Assembly: GCA_030141605.1 (NCBI GenBank)
Contig: JAQGDQ010000090.1
Coordinates: forward strand, 558,001-622,000
Length of the DNA: 64,000 bases
Direction: 5' to 3'
DNA from: Tubiluchus corallicola
Lineage: Eukaryota > Animalia > Priapulida
The notes beneath the pieces are model-generated. The model made no database searches and was not told the origin of the DNA. It saw only the letters and a program-made list of their open reading frames with translations. Positions 1 through 11,882 of this stretch are shown piece by piece (position 1 is the first letter of the stretch; the number at the start of each line of letters is the position of its first letter). The translations under genes were made by a program, and so were the position numbers.

Positions 1-874
1 ATACATTAATTTGTTAAAAATTAGGTAACCATACAATTTTATACACCATTGACATCTTACAATGTGCTGCCCTCTGTAGGCTGACACGAAAAGTATCAAA
101 ACTCTCTGGTAAAAGAAAACTAACAAAAGGAGGAAACTGTTACTACACCACCACCGTCCTCATCGTCATCCTCACCGGAAGCAGCAGGGACAGGAGGACT
201 GTGCATCATTTTCGTCATCATTAATGCCTTCATAAATTATTAGATAATTTTACACGTGCAGGCATGTCGTAATACAACTCATACGCCATCTTATTAACAG
301 TAACTCGCTGAAGCAGAAAATTAACTGCCTTTATCCAATATGCCGCATTATAATGTTGACTAGACAGCGCACTGTGCTAAGAAGAGTACAAAATCAGCAT
401 CGCCATGAAGCTGGAATTAAAAATCAAATAAGTTTGTGCTGGCTGTCAGTAACTTATCTAGCTTTTTGCAAAATTTGACATAATTACTGTTGTAGAATTT
501 ACGTGAATGTGGTTATTCTCCAAGAAGAAGAAAGTTCCAAGCTTTTTTCTTTACTTCTGGTACTAAACATATGACATTATTAGTGATACTATATGTCCAT
601 CATTAAGCCTGCCAGTTTTCAGTTATAACAATTACAAACACACATCAACATAAGAATACAATCTCGAAATTTAATTTGTGAGTTTAGCAGCCATTTCAAT
701 AAAAAGAATCGATGACGGCGTTTGCAGTTGCCTAAATTGATAACTTTTAACCTCGAGCCTTTTGTTATATGCGTCTTTTGGTTATTTGTCCGGATCCCTT
801 AATCATGTTTTTAATAACGCCCAGATAAGTCAACCATTAGTGACTGTGTAAATGGTTATTGAATTTCTTATTGC

Positions 875-922
875 TTGATGAAATTTTAATTACGCCATTT
901 GATGAAATTTTAATTACGCCAT
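875..922. repeat. Perfect 24-bp tandem duplication downstream of the GPCR stop codon (probable 3'UTR)
   Basis: TTGATGAAATTTTAATTACGCCAT occurs twice, at 875-898 and 899-922. Confidence 0.85.
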
Positions 923-1108
923 CCGAATTAAGATTTTACTGCAAACGATAAATCTTTAGTGCAGAAACGCTGAAGTCATTATGGCCCATACAATTTGGAC
1001 AAAGGTAGGCATCATCCTGTAGATATCAAAAGTTTATGTTTCTGATGCCTTATCATTATGAAACTTATTGCTGCTGACGGCAAACTTGATTCGACAAGCA
1101 AACGTTCA

Positions 1109-2200
1109 TTACGAAAATGTCTTATTACTTTTCTTTGCAAGATTAAACGAATTTGTTAAATCCAAGTGAACAGTACTGGATGCAACAGTAACTGGAGCTA
1201 TAGTCACGGAAGTCTTTCTAGAGCTGGACCGTGTCGATGTTCGTTTCAAAGATTTGCTACAAAAGAGACTGACGTACGCCTGTCTATATGTCCTGTTACT
1301 GAAGGCGTATATAAATGGATTCGTAATGCAAGTGGTCCATGTTAATATGGAAGCCACAACTTGCAAGACCGGTAGTTCTTGTTCGTCCACAGCAAAATCT
1401 ATGATGACGACAGGAATGCAGCAAATGATAAAGGAACCGAAGACGAAAGTCATCATGCTGGCCAGCTTCCGGTCGTCTCTCTTGATCCTCTCCTTTCCGT
1501 AAGTGGTGCAGTGGCTTTTAGAACCACTGAGGCGCCGCACCAATTTCCGACTCTTCTGCACTGTCCAATAGATTTGGAAGTAGCAAGGAGCCATCAGCAG
1601 CAGAGGAGCGGCGACGCCAATTACAAACATGACTTGTTTAGAGTTCTTGCCGTCCTTCTCAATGAATGTACAAGTCGACGTAGCATTATCGTAGCCAAAC
1701 TCGCCCCACACTCTTAGCAATTGCGGCATGAGGAGCAGGAATGGAAAACTCCAGCAAAATACGACCATCAAACACACTGACCATTTCTGAAATATCTTGT
1801 CGTAAACGTGATGATGGACTATGGCCGTATAACGATTTACGGTTATGAGTAGCATGTTGAAAACGGATACGGCCAAATTGCCGTATAGAAAAAATGGCAC
1901 TAGTTCGCAGAATGCCGCCCCAAGTGTCCACGCTTGAAAATAAAATTTATGGGCTATCAGAGGCAAATTAAAGGCACAAAACAGGAAGTCGGCTGCAGCC
2001 AGGTTTACTATTAGAGCATTAGCTATTTTATTGCGAGAATTCTTTACCTTTAGCAGAGCAACAATTGTCAAGAGATTTCCACAGGATCCCACAATAGAAT
2101 AAAATACAGCAACTGTGAAACCCAGCCAAACTGACACAACCGATTTGTTCTCTTGCAATCCGGGAGTGCTGCTGCTATCAGTGGTTGTTATGTCCTCCAT
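1109..2200 (-). CDS. Rhodopsin-like (class A) GPCR, Tre1/moody/GPR84-like, single coding exon, about 363 aa
   Basis: Seven hydrophobic segments with class A motifs: GN in TM1 (GSCGNLLT), LAxAD in TM2 (LAAADFLF), NRY in place of DRY (ITVNRYTAIVH), W and P in TM4, CCIP in TM6, NPFIY in TM7, and a Ser/Thr/Arg-rich C-tail. The first in-frame ATG is at 2200 (MEDITT...); the track start at 2290 is a TTG. A possible 5'UTR acceptor (TTATTTAG|G) lies at 2224/2223. Confidence 0.92.
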   Translation of the reverse strand: MEDITTTDSSSTPGLQENKSVVSVWLGFTVAVFYSIVGSCGNLLTIVALLKVKNSRNKIANALIVNLAAADFLFCAFNLPLIAHKFYFQAWTLGAAFCELVPFFLYGNLAVSVFNMLLITVNRYTAIVHHHVYDKIFQKWSVCLMVVFCWSFPFLLLMPQLLRVWGEFGYDNATSTCTFIEKDGKNSKQVMFVIGVAAPLLLMAPCYFQIYWTVQKSRKLVRRLSGSKSHCTTYGKERIKRDDRKLASMMTFVFGSFIICCIPVVIIDFAVDEQELPVLQVVASILTWTTCITNPFIYAFSNRTYRQAYVSLFCSKSLKRTSTRSSSRKTSVTIAPVTVASSTVHLDLTNSFNLAKKSNKTFS

Positions 2201-4263
2201 TGATGACTCTGTCAATTGTAAACCTAAATAACCCACATCCGCGTTCTTTCTTAATAGTGTAATGCTAGAGTTTAGGTCAAAAAAATTCAATGCTTTCTTA
2301 GCTTAGAAACAAGCGAAACCAGTTGGTCAAAAAACAGCAACGTCTAAGTAATGATATAAATGAACCAATCGCATACAGTCCATCTCAACAAACACATGTC
2401 AATCTCCTTTATGCAAACAGAGTATGTTGCCACAAATGCATATCACCTTCCGCAGAAAACTTTCTGAAAGATCCTAATATTCTTCATAGTAAAGGAAATT
2501 TGCTTCTGTCAGCTGTCATACCATTAAATTTTGAAAATACGGGTCTGCGTTACCGCAACTGACTGGTCTTTAAACACGCTAAGGTGTCGAATTAGGTTTA
2601 CTTCCTCTATAGTTACGTCCTGTGTCTTAACCTTCATATCCTGTTAGTTATAGTGAATGTCTCTTTACTAGGAATACCATTATGCCTACCTGGTGTCATT
2701 CATAATGCTAGGATAACTTACTTGCTCATTTTCCGCAATATTTAGAGCCCCCATAACATAGCCGTATTTCAAGTGTTTGACCGCCTATCCATCAGTGTAA
2801 TATTTATATAATTTGAACATCGAATTTTATTTCCCGTTGGTTCTGTCTCTAGCACAAACTTAAGATGATTCTTTCCATCTTATTATTTATTATTGTTGAC
2901 TGTTCCACCAACTAAGTCGAACATTAAACAGAAAATAGGCATTGCCTTGTGGATTAGCTAATATAAGCATTCAATTATAGTTTGAAACATTTATTTTTTT
3001 ATTATTTTAACCGTTTCAGTAAAGAAGGCTTTAAAACATACATTGTTAACAGCAAAAATGCTCTAGATAGCCAGATTATTCAACTTAACTACCTTTTTTC
3101 CGAAAAAACTGTCAAAAACTTCTACTGATATACAATTCTGGGAAGCTGTCTAAAAGCTCTTATAAAATAAATGTCCCTAGTTACCACAGCGACGTTACCG
3201 ACATCATATACTTATATCTGCAGATAATCAATTTTTTATGATTATTATTATATAGTATGGTGTATCCAAGATACAAGAAAAACAAAGATTTCTATGACAA
3301 AGTCAAGGAAGAAAAATGGGCCAGGAAGAAGAATATTGGTACCCCTCCTCCGAGATTACCTTATTAAAGCTTTCCATGAATCATGTCAGCCAACAAAAAA
3401 AAAACAAAGTGTGATAGATTACTCGGCAGGTAGATTTCACGCAAAAAGACTTCAATGGAACATCTTTAATTCTGAAAGACAATAACAGCCTGGAGAGAAT
3501 TTCCAGATCACGTCACAGTTTGGACGCAGAAGTTGGACACTGTGATGTCAATGGGCGACTAAACAAATCATATGATTATGATGATTTGCACCACAATGTT
3601 AATCAGCAATAGACCTATCTTCTGCCACCGACTACTGAGAATAAGTTCAGCAGTTAATTCACCAGTAAGTTCACCAAAGCAACTAGACAAAAACCATTTA
3701 GGAAGCAGAGGATTAAACGGATTACTGGTCTATATTAGTCTATATTAGTGTTGTGAATCGTGTAATTTGGATGGCTTAGTTGGTGTGGGAGATGTATTAC
3801 TATATTTTTAATCGCGATGGTATAATTATATGAAAGCAGTGTCTGCATGGTTTTATATGCTTTTCCAGCAGTTTATTTATATGAGTAGTTACGAAATGGT
3901 AAACAAATTGGAACAAAATGTGGTTGAACTTTTTTTGCATAACTTTGCATGATACTAACCCATAAACGAGCTGTACCTTCCTTGGAATTCTAAAGTAGTC
4001 AAGTTTCGTAATGTAAAATGCCCAGCATTATAGCAAAGCGAGAATGTACCAGGATTGTGAACCACAGTGGATTCAGCTGAAGAACCCTTAACCCTTTCAT
4101 TTTTGGCAAACTCTTGGACAATTAACTGTATATCCCAAGATTCTTGTCCTTCCTTGTCACAAGATTCAGAAGATTAAGAAACAGATAAATAAATAAAAGG
4201 GAGAAGGGTATTGTATGGTGTTAGCTTTGATTAACATACCAATCATCTGCCTTTCCAAATTCC

Positions 4264-4506
4264 AGTGATGCACGGGGAGCGATGAGTTTATCGGGAATTT
4301 CAAGTTAATAGTGGTAAATGTGTTTTGCCTCTACAACTATGTGATGCACAGTAATGAGTTTATCAAGTATTTCACCTCAGTAGTGGTAGATATGATTTGC
4401 AACCTTGGAACAAAGAGTGATGAGTATAACAAGAATTCTAGCTCATGGTAATTATATTTTGCCTTTACAACTGAGTGATGCACAACAATGAGTTTATCAA
4501 GAATTC
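4264..4506. repeat. Degenerate minisatellite, unit about 65-75 bp, about 3.5 copies
   Basis: Recurring GTGATGCAC...ATGAGTTTATCAAG(A/T)ATT...TGGTA...TTTTGCCT(C/T)TACAACT blocks. Confidence 0.7.
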
Positions 4507-6238
4507 TTAGGAACATAAGTCACGCAGAACCAAAATTATACGGGAGCAATTGCCCTGCGCTCTTGACAGATAGCTCCATATTTATTTAATGTGAAAGCAG
4601 TAATGAATATTTACACAGCGGGTATAAAATCACTTAGCACTGATGTACATAACCTAAAGAAGTAACGGCACCACAACATTTTATATCTTATCTAATCGCC
4701 TGTAATTTATGTCACGTTGATATACCACAAACAAAAAAATGTAGTCAGTGTTATTTCTTCAGCCAACAAAATTGGGAATCATGAAATCAGACAAGTGCCT
4801 TTTTAGAACCTAATTTATATTTTTTTCGAACAAACTCAGACCAATTTAAATGGTCCCTGGAGCCACGTCCTGGGGCCTCATTATTACTAGATAAAGCAAA
4901 TGCGTTAGCATACAACATGGATAACCTTCTCAAATGCATTAGTATACACCATGGAAAATCTTTTTAAAAGAAAAATAATAGTAGATTAACCTGCTGAAAG
5001 CTGTAAAGCCGAACGAGTTCTGCTCATATCTGCATGAAGGTGACAAGAAACACACGTCACACAATACCGCTAACTTATTCTGATAAACTGTCATGTAGTT
5101 CCATCAGGAACGCAGCATGTATTTGTACAAAATTACTACAAATTAGGTCATGGGTATATGGTCTTAGAGTGATGACGGAAGTAAGTACACCTGTTAAACC
5201 TATGTAATGGCGACCCGCGCATTATTCCAGAATTTGTTTATGCAAAGCTGTCCAGAAGGAGATTATAACCAGGGGCCATTATGATATTTTGTAATTGTGA
5301 AAGTAAAATCTGTGCTACAAGAATCTCTTACAAATCAATCAAAATCAAAACCATTCAAATATGCCTATTGCGAACAACCATTACTTTCGAGCATCTGTAA
5401 GTTTTACGTGTTTTTTTGAGCTAAGTTTACCAAGACTGAGAAATTAATAAAAAATCTTTAATAGACAAATTAAGAGAAATATCGGTTTTGGAGATCAGAG
5501 CTATCTCGAGCGTTACTTACTAGGGGGTAATGGAAAATTAGGGTAAGACTGAAATTAATAGTAAAATGAGTAAAAAACAGGGTGTGGCAGTAGATTTATG
5601 TTCAAGGCAGTACAACCTTAGCAAACAAAGAAATGAAATGGACAATGGACAAGGTTGTAAAATTAATACCTTCTCTGTAATATGTGGTGGACCATTTCAA
5701 ACTGCTTAAGACATTGGTGGCCATTGCAATCTGCATACGCAGATGTCAGATGTTACCAATATAATTTTGACAATAGATAAATTTCAGTAATGATCTAGAG
5801 ATTTTTATCCAAATAAACTAAGTTTATTAAAGTTTGTCCTCATGGCCACAATGACATTGTATTAATAGTGCTGCAATTTTTAGTTAAATTAAAAAATTCA
5901 AACATTGTTAAATTTGGAAGTACGGTTGTGCCACCCCGAGGAGACACAGACATGAAAAAATGTCAAGGAACTTGTGAGCTGGTCTTAGTTTATCTTGTAA
6001 CAAGCTAATTTCACTGTTTCAGAGTCAGTTAAGTAACTTAAGTTAACAAATTTTAGGTTAATCAAACAAATTTTCATGATTCTCGTGGTAAAGTTTACTT
6101 TATTTAAGCAATTTACAATCACACACAAAAATTCTCGAGCGTCTTTACGATATCGATACGTCTACTAGCGAAAAACCTAGAGAGTTAAACATGCAAATGC
6201 CAAGTGTCTACAACAAAATTATTTTGTTAGAACACTCA

Positions 6239-6540
6239 GCGCATGCATGGCTTCGCAGCGCACTCGCGAAGCCACGCATCTCTGGCTCACAACCTCCCCA
6301 GCGTGCTCATTATTGCGTAGAACTGGCTCATGTCTGATTATAACTACAAGGATTGCCGCATTCTCTCTGCCTGCAGAGACTCGAGTAAAAGGAGGAAATC
6401 GACCTTTCGTGAATCTGACAGTAGCAGGTACTACTACGTAAGTTATTGTGTAATAACTACTACTACACAGTTTGATTTGAACCTAATGCTTGCCAAGTCC
6501 CACGAGAGCTGTCAACGTGTACGGTACTAAAGATTAATTG
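6239..6540 (+). promoter_or_regulatory. Putative promoter and non-coding first exon of the RGK gene
   Basis: Local CpG/GC-rich patch with GCGCATGC (NRF1-like) at 6239 and a 14-bp inverted repeat (6243-6256 / 6266-6279). It ends at a strong donor TG|GTGAGT (6540/6541). RGK coding exon 1 has an acceptor at 10969 upstream of its ATG, so it needs an upstream exon. Confidence 0.45.
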
Positions 6541-8611
6541 GTGAGTCTTTTTATACTTTACTGTCCTCGTAAATGTAGCTACCTAGAAATTTGGCCTTAC
6601 GTAATTGCATAACATTTATCTTCTTCGTAATTCCTTCATAAATTAATAATAAGAACGCCCGCAATAAGAAATTAGGAAAGATGACGTTTTTAGTTCAGGT
6701 TTCTTTACCATCGTGAGGGGCACATTCTTCTAGAACATTTTTTTAATTTTCTATCTGATTGAAAATTGTTACCCTTTTCTGACTTTTTGTTGAAAGATTA
6801 TTAATGTTAGTTTTTAATTTTTGACCAATTTAAAGACCAGATATAGAAAATGTGACTACACCAAAGTGCTTTTTACAGAAATATGCCGCACAATGCAAGG
6901 TATGTCTCTGTGTCAATGTAGTTTGTTTTTTATCTTTTCCATCATATTAGGTCTGCTATTTAAGTGTAACTTTAGGAATTTTGTCTTGTTAATTTCAACC
7001 GGAGAAGGGCTTTAATTGCTTGCCCTTTCTATGTTGTCAAATCGACTTTACGTAAACACCTATGTCAACATTATTGCATTAGTTTTTCACAGGCTCGTAC
7101 AGAGGTGTAAAGGAAAAGTAATTGATTCTGTTTGATTTTTATCATAGCGTCATTTCCATTTTTTAAAGTAAATTTGGCTTTAGTCCGGCTTCCTACTAAT
7201 AGCCTAACTATAATGTAATTTTATGTACTATAGACTATTGATAATACAGATTAATTTGTGCAATGTACATAAAGTTATAGTACCTTTTTTACCTTTTTTC
7301 TGTTTAACAGAAGAGAACTGAGTATTCTTCATACCTCCCCGCTCGTCCAGCATTATGCTATAACACTAGAGTTTGTTTAGCTGTACAAAGGTGCAAACAG
7401 CTTTCTAGACAAAGCTGTTGTATTAAGAACTGTGTTGCCATAGTAAAATATTTGTTTTTATTTTTAATGAATGTCGCTGGAAACAACTAAACTGGGAATA
7501 CTAAACAAAATTTTAATTCCCGTTCTAAAAAAAACTAAGCTTATGGCGACGTTGGTTAAGACCTTTCAGAAGACAAACACTTATCGATGCGTCTGACGCC
7601 ATAAGAAACTCTATTGTGCACTAAACTTCATCCTGCGCATTTATATAGCTCAGCAGTTACGCTTTAAACTGTCGTCTTCTGCGACATTTTAGTTGCTTAC
7701 GTTATAAGTGTGACGTATAGCCCAACTTATAGAGCTCTAGCAACTTGAAACCTCAATGTTCAGCACAGAAGCCTGATCTATTTTCGTGCAGAAACAATAA
7801 TAATACTTCTCACTCACAGACCATTAACGTGTAAGTATTTAACCCATGCGGTTTGAATGACTTCAGTGGAAGCAAAGCATCTATACTATAATCTGAGGGA
7901 CTGTAATTGAGGAAATAAGATCAAAGATGCTGGTGACATAACAGGGATCGCAAACTTGCAAAGTCGAGATGTTTCAGCTGGTGAAGCCATTTATTACACT
8001 ATTGTATGTGGGCTTCCTCGAGCGTGCATAACACGCATTAGTGTTGCAATTAACGCACTTTTGCCACTCTCCATCCAGCATACCAGCATTTCCGATGGTT
8101 CGATGGAAGCTCTGTGCCCTCGGGGAAAATTTATAGGCGTGCTTTGTTAACCTTTACATGCTACAGTGTAATTTTTCTGTTATTCAGGCGTGACGAACGC
8201 AAAATATATTATCACGTGTGTAAATCAATATTATTGTGCTTTATTTGTTTGCTTATTAAGCTCGCTTGCATGGTCATCATGTAAGTTATTACGCACTGTT
8301 GCTTGTTGGGAAGGCTTACATTTTGATTCATTAACTGTCGTTTGTGGAATGTAATTTTGCTGAGAGCAAACTCATAATTCACTGCCCCTTGTGCATCATC
8401 TGCGGACGTGTGGAAATGGTTTCCTTCGCGCAGGTTGACGTAAAATCAGCATGTGAGATACAACAGGTTATTATCTTAACGTGCTGGGAGTTCAGAAAGA
8501 AACTCATCTGTATTTCAGTAATGAGAGAATGAAATAATAATGGTTGCTGGCGAGCTTCAGTAAAATGTGAAGAGGGAAAAACATAAATTGATAGGGAGAA
8601 AGGGGAAGAGG

Positions 8612-8613
<2 letters not shown>

Positions 8614-8706
<93 letters not shown>
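8614..8706. repeat. (AG)n microsatellite
   Basis: Uninterrupted AG run of about 46 units. Confidence 0.97.
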
Positions 8707-8709
<3 letters not shown>

Positions 8710-9714
8710 AGAGGAAGGAGGGAAAGAGAAAGGAGGGGAGGGAAATTAAAAGAAAGAGAGGAAGCTAGGAAAAGGAAAGCAGGTTAAAAGAAGGAGAGGG
8801 AATAAATAAATAAATAAATCTTTGTTTTGTACTATTACAAACAATAACAATACAGCTCCTCTATTTGCGGGGAAAAATTCTATTAACATACACATTTACG
8901 CATTTAAAATTGCGACTATAAAGAGGGAGATGGGCGTTGATTTAATGTTCGTATTCAGTGCTTGTAAATCTATTTTGCAAATATCGCCTTTATTTTTATG
9001 CTTTATCTTAGTATGAAATAATTTTCAAATAAGCCAATGCAGAGGCAATTAAGACGTATATGCTTTGAGACCAATAACACCCTCTGATTCACGAAAACTG
9101 CATACTGCAGGTCAGGGCCAAACGCCATCTGGCTGAAGTTATACGGCGTGCATGTGTGTGTTTCAGTGCTAGCTGATTTACTTAGCTAAACGACACTTCG
9201 AAAAATTTATTCCGCTAACACAAAGGTTATATTCATGGTTCCATCTAATATAATAATTTTCTGTTTAAAGTTCGATATTTGAATAATATAAACATTAGTT
9301 ACAAACGCATATCGCAGGCATAAACTCAGATTCACTCTACTACATGCGCTTAAGCTGCCACAAACAAACTCTCAAAGCCATGTGCTTTGAGCTCGTTTTC
9401 CATCTTCTACATCTCCAAACCACATCTAAACTAATTAGAAGCCGGAATCTGGAGCACCCATCAGCTTGTCGAGTTTTTCAGCTGTTGGCATGCATATAGC
9501 TATATATCTATGCTACACAAAATAATGGAGAAAAAATGGCTTCGTCGCCCCTCGTCAATACAAGCTGACGGGACTTGTATATTCCGGCAGATGATTATTG
9601 GACATTCAGCTAGAAGCTCGCATCATTAAGGGACATTCAGGGAAAAATTACGTGCAGTACAATGTATTACAGGCATAAATAATAAAGTTTTTAAATGATT
9701 ACGGATTAACATGC

Positions 9715-10165
9715 ATCACTTTCATTGTAGGGCCGAGTGTTAGGTGATTAGTTTCAGTCATATCTATCATACGTCGAAATGATAAAAAATTAACTGCGTG
9801 ACTTTTATTATACACCCAGTGAAAAACGATTATCTTGCGTCACCTTTATTATAGGCCCAAGTTTTTTATTATTGGTCTAAATAATTTGCATCTACATTTG
9901 CATCTATATTGAACTTTACAGTATAGACCCAAATGATAACTGGCCAGCTTGCACCACCTTTGTTACATGTCCAAATGTAAATAATTGGCTTTGTATGCTT
10001 TTATGACAGGACTAAGTGATAAATAATTTGACTGAACCAGAAGTGATACATAATTAACTTGGATCATCTTTACTATAGGTCCAACTGATAAATGATTAGC
10101 TTGGCCCTTGCACCTAGCTTTATCATAGGCCCAAGTGTGAAGTGAACACCTTGGATCACCTTTAC
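9715..10165. repeat. Highly degenerate tandem repeat, unit about 40-50 bp
   Basis: Recurring CACCTTTA(T/C)TATAGG(C/T)CCAA...T(A/G)ATT(A/G)(A/G)CTT motif, for example at about 9840, 10065 and 10118. Confidence 0.5.
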
Positions 10166-11059
10166 AAGCAAAACCTAAAAGACTTAAAAAAATCTTCGTC
10201 TGTTAAACGAAAGTTATGATAACATCAAAAGAAATTCGCATGTCTGAAGCTAAACACAGTTAAAGGTTATCAGGAGAATTGGTCCTTCAAGGCAAATTTT
10301 CAAACAAACAGATAGTGGTTCTGAACATTAAGTGGTACATAAATTGTCTTCACTGTGCTTGATGAACGTAAACTTCAAGAGATGTGACTGGACAATGTAA
10401 AAAGCGGAGTGTTTTCATACTACGAACACTTATCCGTCAAGTTTTACGTGAAATCAACTTTGAGACTACCTTATTAGTAACTTGGACGTAGGTTATTTTC
10501 GTGAATTTTAACTTTACTTTTATTTAGCTTTAAGCATAATATACCAACGTTACTGTAAAGCAATTAGTTGATTCGCCTGTAAATGCGTTTGCAAAATGCA
10601 GCAATCCTATTCACATCGTTGAACTAACAAAACTATTAACAAATCACTTCAATTGCAGATAAGATAGAAATTTGTTGATCTTACGAAAACAAACTCGAGA
10701 CCCTGTCTCCTTTTCAAGTTCCACCATTTTATTTACAATTGGCGTGGTTTATAATAGTCTTTGTGAACCCTAAAATATTTCAGTATTAAATGAACTAGAG
10801 TATCCGTTAATTGTATGACAGACTCCGTTGCGTTACTTCGATAAGTCCATAAATGCTATTTAAAATGGCAGACGATTGTCGGTTCTCTCGAGGAGCTTGT
10901 GTAATCAAACTAAATCACTTTACCGTTGTCGCCTTGTCAACAACTAATTTTGTTCATGTAATATTTTAGGCGAAAGGTGATTAAGTTTCAAAGAGATTGA
11001 AGTGTATCAGTCAAAAGAAAATCGCAAAGCTGGAGGCCGCTCAAGAATTATTCAATAAA

Positions 11060-11882
11060 ATGACACTAGAGGGCTCCGAGTTGCTCATGCCTCCTGCACC
11101 ACCTGGATACATATGGCCAGAGCAGGCGGATCGTCCTATGCCGAGGAAGGCTAGTTCGTTCCGCGAGAATCGGAAGAAAACGGTACATGGTAGCAGTGAC
11201 ACCGTCATGATTTGTGGCAACCCGGTGAAAAAATCCAACTCCTTCAAAGAGCGTAGCACCAAACTGAAACGTGGAGAACTTTTAAGTTTACAGCAAGACT
11301 GCAACCAGAATGTGCCTAGTCCTAGCAGGAGGAAACGGAGGGTGCCAACGGAGCGCACCATGCACCACAGTCGATCAAGTTCAGTGCTGCAACCGAAAAC
11401 ATATCAAAGTCCTTCGCGGCATGCTCGGTCACAATCGGTGCGTGCGTCTCGGCCGAGAACTCGGCCCGAACCGATACCACAAGCATTTGAACTCAGACCT
11501 CGGACATCGAGTTGCCCGTCGAAGAAACAGCCGCCGAATTATCTGGAGCCAGACGACGAAAATCGCGTAAGAATGAGGTGCTTTAACACTACCACCAAGG
11601 GCGAGGTTTTCAATCGCGGTGATTCGATCAAGTCTCGATCGAGTCGATCGATCAGTTCGATACATTCTTCCGGTTCGCTACAAGGCGATAACCTGAACAG
11701 TCGCAACAAAAGCAGGGATCGACTGTCGTCTCAGAATTCTTCGCACAGTGATGCCCCGGAAGTGCGCGAATTACTCATCTACAATGTACTGATACTGGGA
11801 TCTACTGGTGTTGGGAAAACATCGCTCATAAATCAGTTTATGACGTCAGAGTATCAGAATGCTTACGAGGCAGTTTCTGTGG
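11060..11882 (+). CDS. Rgk: RGK-family (Rad/Rem/Gem/Kir-like) small GTPase, coding exon 1: long N-terminal extension and P-loop
   Basis: Acceptor TTTTAG at 10964-10969, ATG at 11060 (MTLEGSELL...). Ser/Arg-rich extension with RTSSCP (14-3-3-type) and RMRCFNTTTKGEVFNRGDS, then G1 loop VLILGSTGVGKTSLINQFMTSEY. Donor G|GTAAGT at 11882/11883, phase 1. Proposed join 11060-11882, 41947-42044, 43915-44101, 45692-45954 = 1371 nt, 456 aa, with all phases compatible. Confidence 0.9.

Noticed and set aside
2201-2290. 30 extra N-terminal residues on the GPCR in the ORF track
   Set aside because: The track starts at TTG. In a eukaryote the first ATG is at 2200, and an acceptor-like site lies at 2224.
10997-11059. 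Track start of the 297-aa RGK ORF
   Set aside because: TTG start; the first in-frame ATG is at 11060.
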